Assembly (NCBI GenBank): GCA_947626885.1
Contig: CANQTX010000005.1
Location: 7,429 to 71,428 of the forward strand
Length of the DNA stretch: 64,000 bases
Direction of reading: 5' to 3'
Source of the DNA: an uncultured Clostridia bacterium
Lineage (GTDB): Bacteria; Bacillota; Clostridia; TANB77; CAG-508
The notes beneath the pieces are model-generated. The model did no database searches. It was not told the DNA's origin and saw only the letters and a list, made by a program, of their open reading frames with translations. Numbering within the stretch: position 1 is the stretch's first letter; every line of letters begins with the position of its first letter. This document shows, piece after piece, positions 41,198-53,900 of this stretch. Made by a program: the position numbers and the translations under genes.

Positions 41198-41959
41198 TTA
41201 TATCTCAAATATCCTTTTTGCATTTCGATAAGTTACTCTTGCTATTTCTTCTTTGGGCATACCCTTCAATTGTGCTATTTTTTCTACTATCCATTTCACT
41301 TTTGTTGAATCATTTCTTTTTCCTCTAAAAGGCTCTGGTGTAAGATATGGGCAATCTGTCTCAACTAACAATCGTTCTAAAGGAACTTGTGCTATTGCTT
41401 TTTCTGGTTTGGCATTTTTAAATGTAATGTTTCCACTAAACGATATATAAAACCCTAATTTTACCCCTTCTTTTATCAATTCAGGATTTAAGGGACAACA
41501 ATGAAAAATTCCCTTTTTCGTAACAGGGTATGTCTTTAAAATTTCTATGGTATCCATTACAGCATCTCTTGTATGAATAACTATCGGTTTATTTTGTCTA
41601 TTCGCCATTTGTATTTGCTGAATAAAAATTTCTTTTTGTAAATTTTGATTATCCTTATTCCAATAATAATCTAAACCAATTTCTCCTATAGCAACTACTT
41701 TTTTATTCTGAGCTAATCGTTCCATTTTCTTTAGATTTTCTTCAGAAAAATCTTCTATATCATTAGGAGAAATACCACACGTAGCATAGATAAAATCATG
41801 GCTTTGTGCAATTTTTACTGCCAATTCACTTTTTTTAAAATTATATCCTACGCATACCGCATTGGTCACACCACTTGCATAAATTTCTCTTAAAATAATT
41901 TCTCTATCTTCGTCATATCTTTCATCATTATAATGCGCATGTGAATCAAAGAATTCCAT
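41198..41959 (-). CDS. tatD: TatD family metal-dependent DNase/hydrolase
   Basis: 253 aa. MEFFDSHAHYND start, EIGLDYYW, PIVIHTRDA and ETDCPYLTP motifs. Confidence 0.92.
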   Translation of the reverse strand: MEFFDSHAHYNDERYDEDREIILREIYASGVTNAVCVGYNFKKSELAVKIAQSHDFIYATCGISPNDIEDFSEENLKKMERLAQNKKVVAIGEIGLDYYWNKDNQNLQKEIFIQQIQMANRQNKPIVIHTRDAVMDTIEILKTYPVTKKGIFHCCPLNPELIKEGVKLGFYISFSGNITFKNAKPEKAIAQVPLERLLVETDCPYLTPEPFRGKRNDSTKVKWIVEKIAQLKGMPKEEIARVTYRNAKRIFEI

Positions 41960-41962
41960 CCT

Positions 41963-42337
41963 TTATTGCTCCTCATAAGTTACAATTACCATTGCTATAG
42001 CATATGCTTTGCAATGTGATATACTCATTTCTATATTTTTTATACCTTTTATAGGATAATGAATATGCATATGGGGTTTTCCCATATTATCATTTACAGT
42101 TTCAAAAAATTGCCAATAACCATCTATGTCATTTATTATTTCACTTAATGCTTTAAAGGTTGCCTCTTTAGCAGCAAACCTTGCGGCATAATGCTGATAT
42201 TTTTGTGTTTTTTTTGATTCGCAATATGTAATTTCATTTTCTGTATAAATTTTTTTCAAAAACTTTTGTCCTAAGTGTTCTATTGATTGTTGAATTCTTT
42301 CAATTTCTATCATATCTGTTCCGCATGTAGTTTTCAT
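41963..42337 (-). CDS. acpS: Holo-[acyl-carrier-protein] synthase
   Basis: GTDMIEIERI...YAARFAAKEATFKAL...ISHCKAYAIAMV. The likely start is MKTTCGTD at 42337 after AGAGGG; the first 7 codons in the track are probably an extension. Confidence 0.88.
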   Translation of the reverse strand: MKTTCGTDMIEIERIQQSIEHLGQKFLKKIYTENEITYCESKKTQKYQHYAARFAAKEATFKALSEIINDIDGYWQFFETVNDNMGKPHMHIHYPIKGIKNIEMSISHCKAYAIAMVIVTYEEQ

Positions 42338-42400
42338 TGATTTTCCCTCTATTATCACTTTCTATATGCACTTTTTATCAGTACAACCGCTTCTCTTATA

Positions 42401-43660
42401 TTATCTTAATAAATACATGAGAAATAATATATTTACTGTATTAAAAATTAAAGAAAAAATTAGCAAAATAACAATTATAGAATAATATATATTGTTTTTT
42501 TCTATATTTAAATCTTTATAAATAACTTCATATTTGTTCTTTATTTCTTCATAAATTTCTTCTAATGCCAAAACTTTATTAAGTGTTTTATCATATAAAG
42601 CACCTGTATCATCCAATGTAATTTCTTTATTCCAAATTTCTTTTGTAAATTTAATGAATTTTTCTCTCATTTTTATAATTTTATCATATTCTCTAAATTC
42701 CATATTTAATTTTCTTAAAAATATTTTTTTATATAAAGAAAATATATACATATAAAAATACTGATTTTCATATTCATACGGTAATTGCGTATAATTATAA
42801 GTATCTGCACCTGAACACATTACATTAGCACTAGTACTAGAAAGTGTTGTTTTGGCATACTTTAACTTTTCAATAACATGTAAATTATGCTCCCAACTAG
42901 CCTTATTAAAATCAGAATGATAATTACTTGGCAATACATTTGCAAACTTTAAAAAATCATTTTCTATATTTTCAAAATTCGTCTTTTCATTCCAAAAATC
43001 TCTTTCAATACATACATAAGAATATGTATAAAATTGAAAATTCGTAATATCTTCTTTCTCACCATTCACTTTTTTATTATATATGCCTGTTACTTGACGA
43101 ATTAACTCAGAAATATCTTTGATATCCTTAAAAGTATCTGTTTGAATTTTGATATTTTCATAATTCTTTAAAGCTAAAAATTCCGAATTAATTCCTTTAA
43201 AGCGATAATTAAAATCTAATAAATCAGTAAAACGATTTGTATTTTCTAAATGGGTTTTCATGGTAAAAAAACAAATTCCTGTATCAAAACAAATAATTTC
43301 AATTTCTTCTATCTTAAAGAAAATACCATCTTCTGTTCCCACTTTTCCTTGAATATCTTCTGCTAGGTTATATGTAAAACAAGCAACTCCATTTTTTACA
43401 ATATATTTTTTCTTTCCTTCAATGTTTAATTTATGAAATTCCTTAAGCTTCTCTCCTCTTAATTCAAAATTAGGAAATAAAATTTTTCTTATATTCGGTA
43501 AAAAGAAATTATATATATCTAAATCCTTTTCTTTTTCAAAAATGACATAAGAACATTTTTTATCTTTTAATAGTTTTAAAATATATTTATCGTATTTGGT
43601 TTCATCAATAATATACGGATGTATAAAATACGTATATTGATACTTCGTCTTTAGTTCCAA
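42401..43660 (-). CDS. Hypothetical protein with a C-terminal TM helix
   Basis: 419-aa ORF of very low GC. It has a C-terminal hydrophobic segment (YYSIIVILLIFSLIFNTVNILFLMYLL). I recognise no family motif. Confidence 0.55.
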   Translation of the reverse strand: MELKTKYQYTYFIHPYIIDETKYDKYILKLLKDKKCSYVIFEKEKDLDIYNFFLPNIRKILFPNFELRGEKLKEFHKLNIEGKKKYIVKNGVACFTYNLAEDIQGKVGTEDGIFFKIEEIEIICFDTGICFFTMKTHLENTNRFTDLLDFNYRFKGINSEFLALKNYENIKIQTDTFKDIKDISELIRQVTGIYNKKVNGEKEDITNFQFYTYSYVCIERDFWNEKTNFENIENDFLKFANVLPSNYHSDFNKASWEHNLHVIEKLKYAKTTLSSTSANVMCSGADTYNYTQLPYEYENQYFYMYIFSLYKKIFLRKLNMEFREYDKIIKMREKFIKFTKEIWNKEITLDDTGALYDKTLNKVLALEEIYEEIKNKYEVIYKDLNIEKNNIYYSIIVILLIFSLIFNTVNILFLMYLLR

Positions 43661-43684
43661 AACAATCCCTACTTTCTTCTTTCG

Positions 43685-45211
43685 TTATTTTGTATAAATA
43701 TTCAAACTTAAATCTTTTGCTCTATGCCACTCGGCAATAAAATCGATATATAAATAATCATCTAAATTCACGTTGGGTGACATAACAACACTTCCATCTG
43801 ATTTTAATACTCCCCAAAGACCATCCTTCTTTACAGCACAATATCCATATGCGTTTTGCTCTTTTGCATCATCATATATAGCATCTACGATCATTTCACC
43901 ATTCTTGTTTTTATAACCATATTTTCCGTTCTCTTTCCATAAAAACAATGTATTGGTTGGTAATAATTCTTGACTTGTTTTTTCCTCAAATTTAAAATTA
44001 TAATATTTATAATCGTTGTCTTTTCTGATACGCATATAGCCTTTCTCTAGATCTATTTCTGATATAATAACAGACGTTAATACTTTATGAAACTGATTAT
44101 CTAAAATATCTGTTGTATAATCTGCTTTTTCCGCTTCTATAAAATCTGCTACTTTTAAATAATGCATATTTTCATATTCATATGGTACAATATTGGTGTT
44201 ATCTGATGTGATAATGCCATATTTCCCCTCTTTTTTGGCAATATAATCATTCGTAAATAAATATTGTAGATCCTCATATTCTGCAGGTATTATTGTTTCT
44301 CCCGAAATAGAAATAACACCATATTTTCCTTCTTTAATAATGGTAAAACCTTCCGGATTAACACTTTCAATACTATCAAATCCCTGATTTAATAAAACTT
44401 TTCCCGTATTATCTACTACTTCTAAATTTTCATTTTCTTTTACAACATAATGGTTATTACCAGAAACTTTTTTTACCTCATCATATTTTACTTCTAAAAT
44501 TGGCTTTTTATCCATGCCTATAATACCATACTTGTTTTCAGCATTTTTCACAATGTAACCACTTTCATAACTTTCTCCTACATTGGTAATGTCTTCATAT
44601 TGTGGATGAATAATGATTTCTTTAGCATTATTAGAAAATAATCCCTTTTTATTATCTTTTTCTAATATAATGCTTTTTTCTATCCCTTTTAGAGCATAAA
44701 TATTTTGATATTCCGGTTTTAAAATTTCTTTTCCCTCAAAATTAATAAGTCCATATTGCCCATTTTCTTCATATTTTAAAATATCTTCTTCATACCAAAC
44801 TGTAGAATCATCTGTATTTTCTATTGGCTCCACATGATGATATTGCGTTAGTATTTCCTCTCCTTCTGCATTTAGTACCTTTGTTTGATAAGTTTCTTCT
44901 TCTAAATTAACATCATATGTACAAATAAACACATCTTTATTTTTGTCAGGAATGATAATCATTTCTTCATAACTTGGTGGAATAATGGTATTCCCTTTAT
45001 CATCTATAACACCCCATTGATTATTGTCATAGACTGTAAAATAAGCTGTTAGATTAGCAATATCTTTTGGTTTTGTTTCTGTTAATAATTTTTTTAATGA
45101 TATAACAAACATAATAACAACAATGATGGCTACAATAAATGCAATTACTTTTTTCATGTTTAATTTTTGTGTATTACTGGTATAATATCTTCTTCCTTTT
45201 GCTCTACTCAT
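43685..45211 (-). CDS. Membrane-anchored WG/KWG-repeat protein
   Basis: 508 aa. N-terminal TM helix. At least 8 copies of the ~35-aa repeat ...(K/N)GKYG(L/V/I)I...G..I(I/L)P.EY(E/Q)(D/N)I.., for example QWGVIDDKGNTIIPPSYEE, KYGVISISGETIIPAEYEDL and LWGVLKSDGSVVMSP. Confidence 0.7.
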   Translation of the reverse strand: MSRAKGRRYYTSNTQKLNMKKVIAFIVAIIVVIMFVISLKKLLTETKPKDIANLTAYFTVYDNNQWGVIDDKGNTIIPPSYEEMIIIPDKNKDVFICTYDVNLEEETYQTKVLNAEGEEILTQYHHVEPIENTDDSTVWYEEDILKYEENGQYGLINFEGKEILKPEYQNIYALKGIEKSIILEKDNKKGLFSNNAKEIIIHPQYEDITNVGESYESGYIVKNAENKYGIIGMDKKPILEVKYDEVKKVSGNNHYVVKENENLEVVDNTGKVLLNQGFDSIESVNPEGFTIIKEGKYGVISISGETIIPAEYEDLQYLFTNDYIAKKEGKYGIITSDNTNIVPYEYENMHYLKVADFIEAEKADYTTDILDNQFHKVLTSVIISEIDLEKGYMRIRKDNDYKYYNFKFEEKTSQELLPTNTLFLWKENGKYGYKNKNGEMIVDAIYDDAKEQNAYGYCAVKKDGLWGVLKSDGSVVMSPNVNLDDYLYIDFIAEWHRAKDLSLNIYTK

Positions 45212-45302
45212 TTAATCCTCCATCATATATTTTTATCTAGTATTACGTATACACTATATCATCTTTTTCTAAAAAAAACAATACAAAATGCATATTCTAT
45301 AT

Positions 45303-47714
45303 CTATTTCTTTTTTACAACTTTAGTTACAATAACGGTCATATCATCTTTAGCAACTCCATAACTATTATCAACTGCTTCTGCTAATAATAGATCTGCCA
45401 ATTTCTGAACATTATTAGTTGTTATATTTTTCAAAAATTCTTCTATCCAGTCTTTTTTTATTTCATCTTTTGATTCTAAAACGCCATCACTACACATAAC
45501 AATAATATCACCATCTGTAACTTCTATCGTTTGTGCTTCTAATGCAATTTTATCAACGATTCCTACTGGAAGTGTTTTGGCTTGTATTTTATTTATGTTT
45601 TTTCGATTTTTGATATAGGTATGACAAGCACCATTTTTTAGTATTTCTGCCTGTCCTACATATAAATCTAATATCATCATATCAATACTAGAATAGGTTT
45701 CTACATTTGTATTCATACTTAATGTACTATTAATTAATTTAATGGATTCTTCTTTTTCAAAACCAGAGACCATTAAATTTTTAATAAGAGATATCGTTAA
45801 TTTACTACTTTCTCTCGCCTCTTTACCACTTCCCATGCCATCTGTAATAGCTAATAAATATTTTCCATCTTCTAATCGCATTTGTAAATTACAATCTCCA
45901 GATATAGGGCTACCATCTTTTACTATTTTGGCACTACCAACTTGCATTAAGAATTTATCCTCACTAGCATAAATTTGTGTATAATCACCCTTTTCCGTTT
46001 TTTTATCTCTCTGAAATGTTACTTTTGTTCCTAAACTTTTAGACATACTATCTCCAATATTGATCGTAACATCTTTGCCTTTCAATCTGGCATTTTCCTC
46101 ACACATACGTATTTCTACTATATATTTTTTATTACTATATTGTTTTATCAAACAGTTTTTAATAGGAATATTTTTATTTTTCAATAATATTTCTATTTCT
46201 GTTTCTTTTTTGGCAAAAGGATTTTCTTTGGGTTGAACAATTTCTTCTGCACAAGTATCGATAATTTTTGTTACATTTTTCAAATTACTATTTATTGTTT
46301 GTAAATTTTTATTTCTTTCTTGTTCTTTTGCTATAGCAATTTGTATCATTTTGTAAGTCCTATTCGCTACTCGTATAATTTCTTGTAAGTCTTCTTTAAT
46401 TACTGTATCTTGCATAAATACATAATGATTATGATTTTGCAATATTGCAATTAAATCCTTATCAACTATAATTTCTTTTTCTTGTATACACTTAAAAATA
46501 TCTGTTACAATTCCATTTCCTTCTTGTGAAAGAGTTTCATAGAAAAGATTGCCTTCTATTTCTTCCATATTATCTAAAAAGCTTTGTATATATTCTTCTT
46601 CTATCTTAGGCATTTCCGTTTCTTTTGCTTGCATCATTTCATAAAACACATTAGAAATTGTTTTCAACTTATCAGATACTTCTTCTCGTTCTGCTTCATT
46701 TAATCGGTTTTCTCCTCTATTAGATAGTAATTTTGTTCTACCAATTAAATCTTCTAATTCTATTTTTATATTATTAGGTACAAATAATAATCCTATGGAA
46801 GCAATGAATATTTCTCTAAAATATAATATCATGGTATTACTTCCATTGGTCAAATAAGTTAGTATTGCATTTCCCAATATGAATCCTAAAATTACACCAA
46901 TTTTTCCCAAACGATTCAAAAATCCTGATAAAACACCGGAAATAGCAAACATCATAATTTGAATAAAACTTGTCCCATCAACAAAACTTGTTACTAAACC
47001 AATAGAAATGCCTGCTGTTGCGCCTACCATCATACCACTTTTCCAACCTAATACCATAATCATGAAAATAATTATTACATTACTAATATTGATAGAAAAA
47101 ACATTAAAGTTTCGAAAGGCCAAACTCGCAATAGCCATAATAATAGTTGTTGCAATTAATTCTTCTGTTGTAAAAGCTTTTTTTATACGAAGTTCTTTTA
47201 TACCAATTAAACCATTTACAAAAATTTTATAAAATACATATGTTAAAGCAGCGGTAATCATTCCCATAAATACATCATATAGTAAAAAAATGCCTTGGAT
47301 ATTTTTTATTAGTGTTACTACCAAGCAAGCCCAAAATAATTTTCCACCAGTTTTTACTAACTCATTTCTTTCTTCTATTGCAATTTTAGGCTTAAAAATA
47401 AACACCAAAAGGAAATATATAATAGAAGTACCTATAAAATTCATTAATCCTGAAAATCCATTGCCTATGGCTGTTCCTAATAAAGCTGCTATATAAACTC
47501 CTATAAGGGGAATAGAACTTCCCACACAAGCTGCCAACATAGCCAACCCAAATGGAACAATTTCATTTCGAATAGATACAGTTGCCATAAGAAATGTTAT
47601 AATATATATCATAATATTTTGATATTTAAATAACTCTTTTACAATATACGGTACTCTTGCTTTATATTGCATTTTCTCTTCTTGATAAACCTCTTCTGTT
47701 ATATTTTGAAACAT
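45303..47714 (-). CDS. spoIIE: Stage II sporulation protein E (polytopic membrane PP2C phosphatase)
   Basis: 803 aa. About 10 N-terminal TM helices, a central regulatory region, and a C-terminal PP2C domain (ISGDCNL...LLAITDGMGSGKEARESS...CSDGVLE). Confidence 0.88.
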   Translation of the reverse strand: MFQNITEEVYQEEKMQYKARVPYIVKELFKYQNIMIYIITFLMATVSIRNEIVPFGLAMLAACVGSSIPLIGVYIAALLGTAIGNGFSGLMNFIGTSIIYFLLVFIFKPKIAIEERNELVKTGGKLFWACLVVTLIKNIQGIFLLYDVFMGMITAALTYVFYKIFVNGLIGIKELRIKKAFTTEELIATTIIMAIASLAFRNFNVFSINISNVIIIFMIMVLGWKSGMMVGATAGISIGLVTSFVDGTSFIQIMMFAISGVLSGFLNRLGKIGVILGFILGNAILTYLTNGSNTMILYFREIFIASIGLLFVPNNIKIELEDLIGRTKLLSNRGENRLNEAEREEVSDKLKTISNVFYEMMQAKETEMPKIEEEYIQSFLDNMEEIEGNLFYETLSQEGNGIVTDIFKCIQEKEIIVDKDLIAILQNHNHYVFMQDTVIKEDLQEIIRVANRTYKMIQIAIAKEQERNKNLQTINSNLKNVTKIIDTCAEEIVQPKENPFAKKETEIEILLKNKNIPIKNCLIKQYSNKKYIVEIRMCEENARLKGKDVTINIGDSMSKSLGTKVTFQRDKKTEKGDYTQIYASEDKFLMQVGSAKIVKDGSPISGDCNLQMRLEDGKYLLAITDGMGSGKEARESSKLTISLIKNLMVSGFEKEESIKLINSTLSMNTNVETYSSIDMMILDLYVGQAEILKNGACHTYIKNRKNINKIQAKTLPVGIVDKIALEAQTIEVTDGDIIVMCSDGVLESKDEIKKDWIEEFLKNITTNNVQKLADLLLAEAVDNSYGVAKDDMTVIVTKVVKKK

Positions 47715-47881
47715 CCTTAACCACCTCTTACTTTTTATATATCTTTATTGAATCATAAATAGCATAAATTTTTTTGTCATATTGCATACAGATATAAAAA
47801 AAGTTTTCTACAATTTGTGATAATTTTCCTATATTTTATTACAATTATACTAAAAAGACAAGAGTTAATATAAAAAATGAC

Positions 47882-47918
47882 AAAAAATAGAACCTCATAT
47901 TTTGAGATTCTATTTTTT
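47882..47918 (-). terminator. Rho-independent terminator ending adhesin cassette B
   Basis: atagaacctca (47887-47897) pairs with tgagattctat (47902-47912), with one G-U pair. It is flanked by A6 and T7 runs and starts 9 nt after the stop at 47927. Confidence 0.7.
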
Positions 47919-47926
47919 TATTAGTA

Positions 47927-50900
47927 TTACTTTGTTAATACTTTCTTTTTGATAATAACAATACCTGTTGCTACAATACCTAATCCTACTGCTATAATAA
48001 CTAATATTTGTAATGTTAATTCGTTTTCTGCTTCAATACCCGTTGGAGGTGTTAAAGTAATAAGCTCTGTAGCACTTGCATCTCTCTCTGTAATAGAAAC
48101 ATCAAATTCACCTTCCTTAGGATCTGCATTACCTGGAATTGCTGTTACATCTCTTCTACCTGCTGTATTATCAATCTTAACAATTTCTGCTAAGTTATCA
48201 AAAGCAACATGATTAGCATCATCTTCTGAAGCAATGGTTCTTGTTAATGTTGAAGAAATAACTGATTGGTATTGGCTAGGATCTTGGTCATATGGTAGTA
48301 ATTTTGCTTCAAAACCTTTATTCGTTAATTCTTCTGTATCCTCTATACTATCAACACTAACAACAATGTTCTTTTTCTGAGGCGTAATATATACTTTTCC
48401 TTTATCATCTTGTATATTATTTTGTAAAATAATATCTCTATCTAATAATCTATCTGCTTCAAAACCATTACCTGTTACTTCATTAATAGTTGCATTTTTC
48501 CAACTATGGTCTTTTTCTTTATTATAATCTGCTGAAAATACTGTATCATTGTCTACATAGTCTACTAATTGACGAACTGTTGTTGTAACAACTTCTTGAT
48601 TATTCGTATTAGCAGCACTACCTAAATAATATATATTACCTAAATATTTTCCTTGTTCAATTGTTGTTTCTCCAATAGTTTTTCTTTCTGGTATAGCACT
48701 AGCTACTATTTCTAGAATAGCATCTCTTGGTGTCTTACTTACATCTTCCATTACGTCTCTAAGTGTTGTACTAATTCTATCGATTTCTCCTATATTTAAT
48801 GCTGTTAATTGATATTGCATTTCTATGGTTAAACCTTGTAGAATTGATTCATCTACATTGATGAATCTAAAGTTTTGCATATTCTCTCCATTCACCATGC
48901 TATATTTATCTTCCACTTTGTTAATAGCTTGTAAGACATCTGTTCCAATAGATCTTTCAAGATCAACACCAACAGTTGCTACAATATATTCATCACCATT
49001 ACCTACTTGTCCTATAATTGTTCTGTTATTAATTTCTGCTCTAGGTACACGATCATAAGATATATTGTATGCTACATCAAAGATTGTTGTATTATCAGAA
49101 GTTACTAATTTAATACCACTAATTTCTTTATCTAACACTACTTCTGTTCTTGGTCTTTCCTCTAAACCAATATCTATATTTTTTACTTCATATACAAATC
49201 TTTGTACTTCTACCATGCCACCTAAAATAGTACCTTTTACAGTGGTTATATCATTATCCACTAAATAATCTGGTTTTGCAATATCTTCTATATTCATATT
49301 AATTTTATCTGTATCTGCAAACATATAGTAATCTGTGTATAATCCTGTATGATTTGAAGTAGTATATGTGTCTCTTGTTACTGCTTCTGGAGCAATTACT
49401 TTCAAATTACTATCTGCTTTTGATAAAACAGTACCATTTATATTTGTGATTGTTTCAGAATTTGCCATTACTTCTAGTCTTCTTAGCTCGCTATCTTTTG
49501 CATCTGAATTTCTATCACCACTCGCATGATATGCTGTTGTTTTAAAGTCTTGTCCATTATATACAGATGGTGTTTGTCCTGCTGGTTTGTTATCATAATT
49601 TGCTACTAATATATCGTTATTTTCTAAAGGATTCTCTGTACTTTGTATATCATTTTCTGTATGATATGATGCTCCACTTTCTGTTAAAGCTTCTGGATCT
49701 CCTGTAATACCAAATGTATCTTCTAATTTTGTTTTATCATTTCCATACAAAAATCTTACGATATACTCTCCTGCTGGTACACCAATAAATTTGTAGCCTC
49801 CTACACCTAGTGTCTGATTTCCGTCTGCATCTGTTTGTGAAACTCTAGCCGTTTCAATTGTGCTATCAAATCCTGTTAAACTTTCTAAGGTTCTACCGCC
49901 CAATATATCTAGGCTCTGATTTGTTGGCCACAAGAAATCATATTCTTGGTCATTTACTTTTACTTTCTCAACCAGTTCTGTGGTTAATCCACCAATTAAT
50001 GCTTCTCCTTCATCATATAAACCATTTCCTACTTTTTGGCCTTCTATATTTTCTGTTCTTTTATCTTCCCAAGCAAGACCATCAATGGTTCTTGTTGTTT
50101 CGTTTAATGTTAAATTTAGGATTGGTGCTGAATCTGTATCATCTTCATACCATGTTCTATCATTAAAAGATTCTATATTAACATTTGATGGAGCAGAGTC
50201 TCTATCGATTTTTCCTGCAATTGATCCATCTTCATAATATGTTGAATAATTAGCGATTTCTGCTACATTGGCTTTTTGTCCTAAAACAATAGCATCTTTT
50301 ACACCATTGATATCATCTTTTTGTACAGCAAATGTTACATAAATATCTGCTTTTTCGCCTGTTCTTAGCTGCACTTGACCATTTTCAAATGTGGCTGTCA
50401 TTTTACGATATGTAATACCGTCTGATCCTAGTATATTAGTATCGGTATCACTAACCGTCCAATTAACCTCTAGTTTTTCTTGTGTTGGTGATGTTAAATA
50501 AGATATATTTGCTACTTCTACTGGCGTTAAATCTCCTATATTCTCATCATCAATATTTCTTACATACTTCGTAACAGCTGTGCTAATAGGCACACCAAAA
50601 CTACTATCGAAGTAGTCATCGATGGCATTAATGCCTGCTACATAAATGCCTGTTGGAGAATCATTAGATACCGTAATTTTATAAGTTAAGTATACTTCTA
50701 ACTCTGTATCATCATAAGTTAAGCTTGGATTTAAGGTTTTGTAAAATGTATTGATTGCATCATATACCCTACCATTTGTTTGATACATTTCTGCTCTGTA
50801 ATAGTAGTCTGTTTTATATAATCCTAATTCATAGCTAATATTCATTGTATCTGCTGTTAATTGTCTTGTAATAGCATCTCCCGTTAAATCTGCTAATGAA

Positions 50901-53900
50901 TTAAATTTATAATTTAATAATTTTTCATTTACAACAACTTTAGCAGAGACTAAATCTTTTGTTGTTCCTAAATCTGCATCTGGTCTTTTCTTAAGTCCTA
51001 AATTGATATTTAATGTGTAAGGATATGTTGCAGAATATTTATATTCTTCCACTGCTCCTAATTCATCAATATATTTATCGATGCTTTCTAAATATGTTCT
51101 ACCATCAAATGGATAGGTTAACCCTCCTACAGATGTTCTTGCTTTTGCTTTAAATATATCATATACTACACCATTATCATAAGTGGTTTGTAATTCAGAA
51201 ACTTTTCTAGTTGTGCCAGAAACACCTGTTGTATAGTCTGTAGCATTATAGTAAATAGGGTTCTTATCACCATTTGCAGCAACAACATTTCCTATAGTAT
51301 TTCCATTACCATCAATTGGTGATTCTCCTGTTATTTGTGTAATTCTACTATCAACTTCTTGTCTATTATAATCTAGTGCATGTGAATCTTTTAAATATTG
51401 ATCTCTTGCACTAGTTGATGCATTTCTATAAGTCGCTGCATCACCATTAGCTGTTGCTAAGAATTTTGTTGGTTCATATTTTTGACCATCATATACAAAT
51501 TCTACATCATAACTTGCTGTATAACCACTAGCTTTTTCCTGATCTGTTACGACTGGCATACTCATTCTTGGAGAATTCCATTTTCCACCGTTCTGGGTTA
51601 CAATTGGATATTCTGCTAAATCATTACCAGCTTCTATATAACCATAAGCAAGTTCTCTGCTTACTTCTGTAGATCCATTATAAATTACTTTATAAATATA
51701 AACTTCTACACCATCTAATCCTACTTCTGTATCATCAATAACGCCATTTTCTACAGAATCTGGTGTATTTTTTGAACTTTCATCTTGAGGAACATCTTCC
51801 CAAACAGTACCACCCAATTCTAAGGTTAAATCCACAATCACTCTTGTTTCAAAAGAGTTGGTTACCACTACATCTGCCGTATTGGCATCTGCAGATAATT
51901 GTCCATTACCATTAGAAATATTTTCTAAATGCCATCCTGTTGGTAAGTTTGTTTCTGTTACTGTATAAGATGGTCCTTCATTTCCAAACCAAGTAATATC
52001 TGGCGTTTCATAAGTACCACCAGCCTTAATAGTAGTTTCAATTGTTTTTGATCCATCTACAATACTTTCCCCATTTACTTCAAATGATCCGAACAATGTA
52101 ATTTGAATTGTAAATTCATCTGTCATAGCTTCTTCTTGCATTTTTTCATCTGTAATGGCTTTTTTAGTTACTCTAATCTTTCCATGATGCTGTTCCACTT
52201 TATTAATTGCCGTTATGATAACCAATTCTCCACTACCACTAAGTTGTCCTGAAACTTTTCTATCACCTGTTATAGTATCGGTTCCATTAGAAATACTATC
52301 AAATTGCGCAGCTCCTGTATCAATTTCTTCTACTGTGTAAGTAGGAGCGCCTTTAGCTTTATCCCATTTAAATTCCTCTGAACGATATGTTTCGCCAGCT
52401 TTTACTTCTACAATATAATCTGCTAATACTTCCTCTGGATTTTCTAAATCTCCATAATATACCTTTACATTAAATTTATAAGATTGATTACTTGTTGCAC
52501 CATCAACCAATTGTTTTGTAATTTGTAAGTATCCACCATCTAATTTTGCTTCATTTGTAACTGTTACAACTTGTGCATTAGTATCACCTTCTACAATTGT
52601 ACCTGCTCCATTAACAATAGCTGTTTGATTTGCAATATCAGATTCTTGTTCTTCTACTGTATAAGTAGGAGCACCTTCTCCCTGCCATCCAATTGTATCT
52701 GATGTCCATTTTTCTCCACCATTTACAATAGCTTCAAATGTATAACTATCATTTTCATATTGCATTCCTTGATAAGTAAATGTTCCTGTTAATGTAACAT
52801 TGAATTTAAACTCTTTTCCTGTTAAAGAATCATCTAAAACTTTTTTATCAATAATTAATTTACCAGTTTTTTCTTCTAATTTATTCACAAAATGATTTTC
52901 TATAGTATAATTTTCTTGCGTGTCTGGTTTTAATTGTCCCTCTACTTTTTTATCTGAACCACCATTAGCTGATACAAATGATGTTCCTTCTGGTCCATCT
53001 AATTCTTCTATCCAATAATGCGGTGCTTCTTCATCTGCATTCCAAGAAAATTCTTCTTCATAATACCAAACATATTGGTCATTTACCTTTTCTGCTTTTA
53101 GTGTTACATCAAATTCTTCATATCCATCTACATGTATTCTAAATTTAAATTCTAGAGATTTTACATACTCATCTGTAAATTTACTTGCATTTTCTAGTGT
53201 TTTAACAATACTTAATTTTCCTGTTTCAGTTTTCATTCCATTAACAGCTGTTACAATAATATTATTGCTATTTTCAAGGCTACCAGAACTTGGTGCTATT
53301 GTTGAATAAATATCTTCAATTCCTGTCATATCTTCTTGTACTGTATAGGTTGGTGCCTCTCCATGCCAAGTAAATGTATCTGAATTCCACGTTGCTTCAG
53401 TTGCATCCGCTATATTAATTGTAACATATCCATTGTTATCGGTACTGTCTGCAACACCGCTATTAGTTAATCGAATGGTTGTATTAGTATAATCTGTTCC
53501 CTTATATTGAAATGTACCAGAAACTGTTACAACAAATTTATAATCTTTATTTTTTAATGCCTCTTCTATAATTTTCTTTGTAATTTGTAGTGTACCATGT
53601 TTTACAGATAAATCATTAATAAAGTAATTGTCTATGACATAATTATCTGTAGCACTTGATGTTAATCTACCAGTGATTGTTTTTCCAGCTGTATAACTTG
53701 TTCCATCAGTAGAAGATTGTACTTCTGTTCCATCTGGAACGTCTATCTCTTCAATAGTATATTCTGGTGCTGATTCATTATCTCTCCAATAATAATATCC
53801 TGAAGTATATTCCCATACATACGTATTATCATCTTGTTTTGTTGGAGATAATGTTACTGTTGAAGCATTTCCATCTACTGTAATTCTAAATTTAAATGTT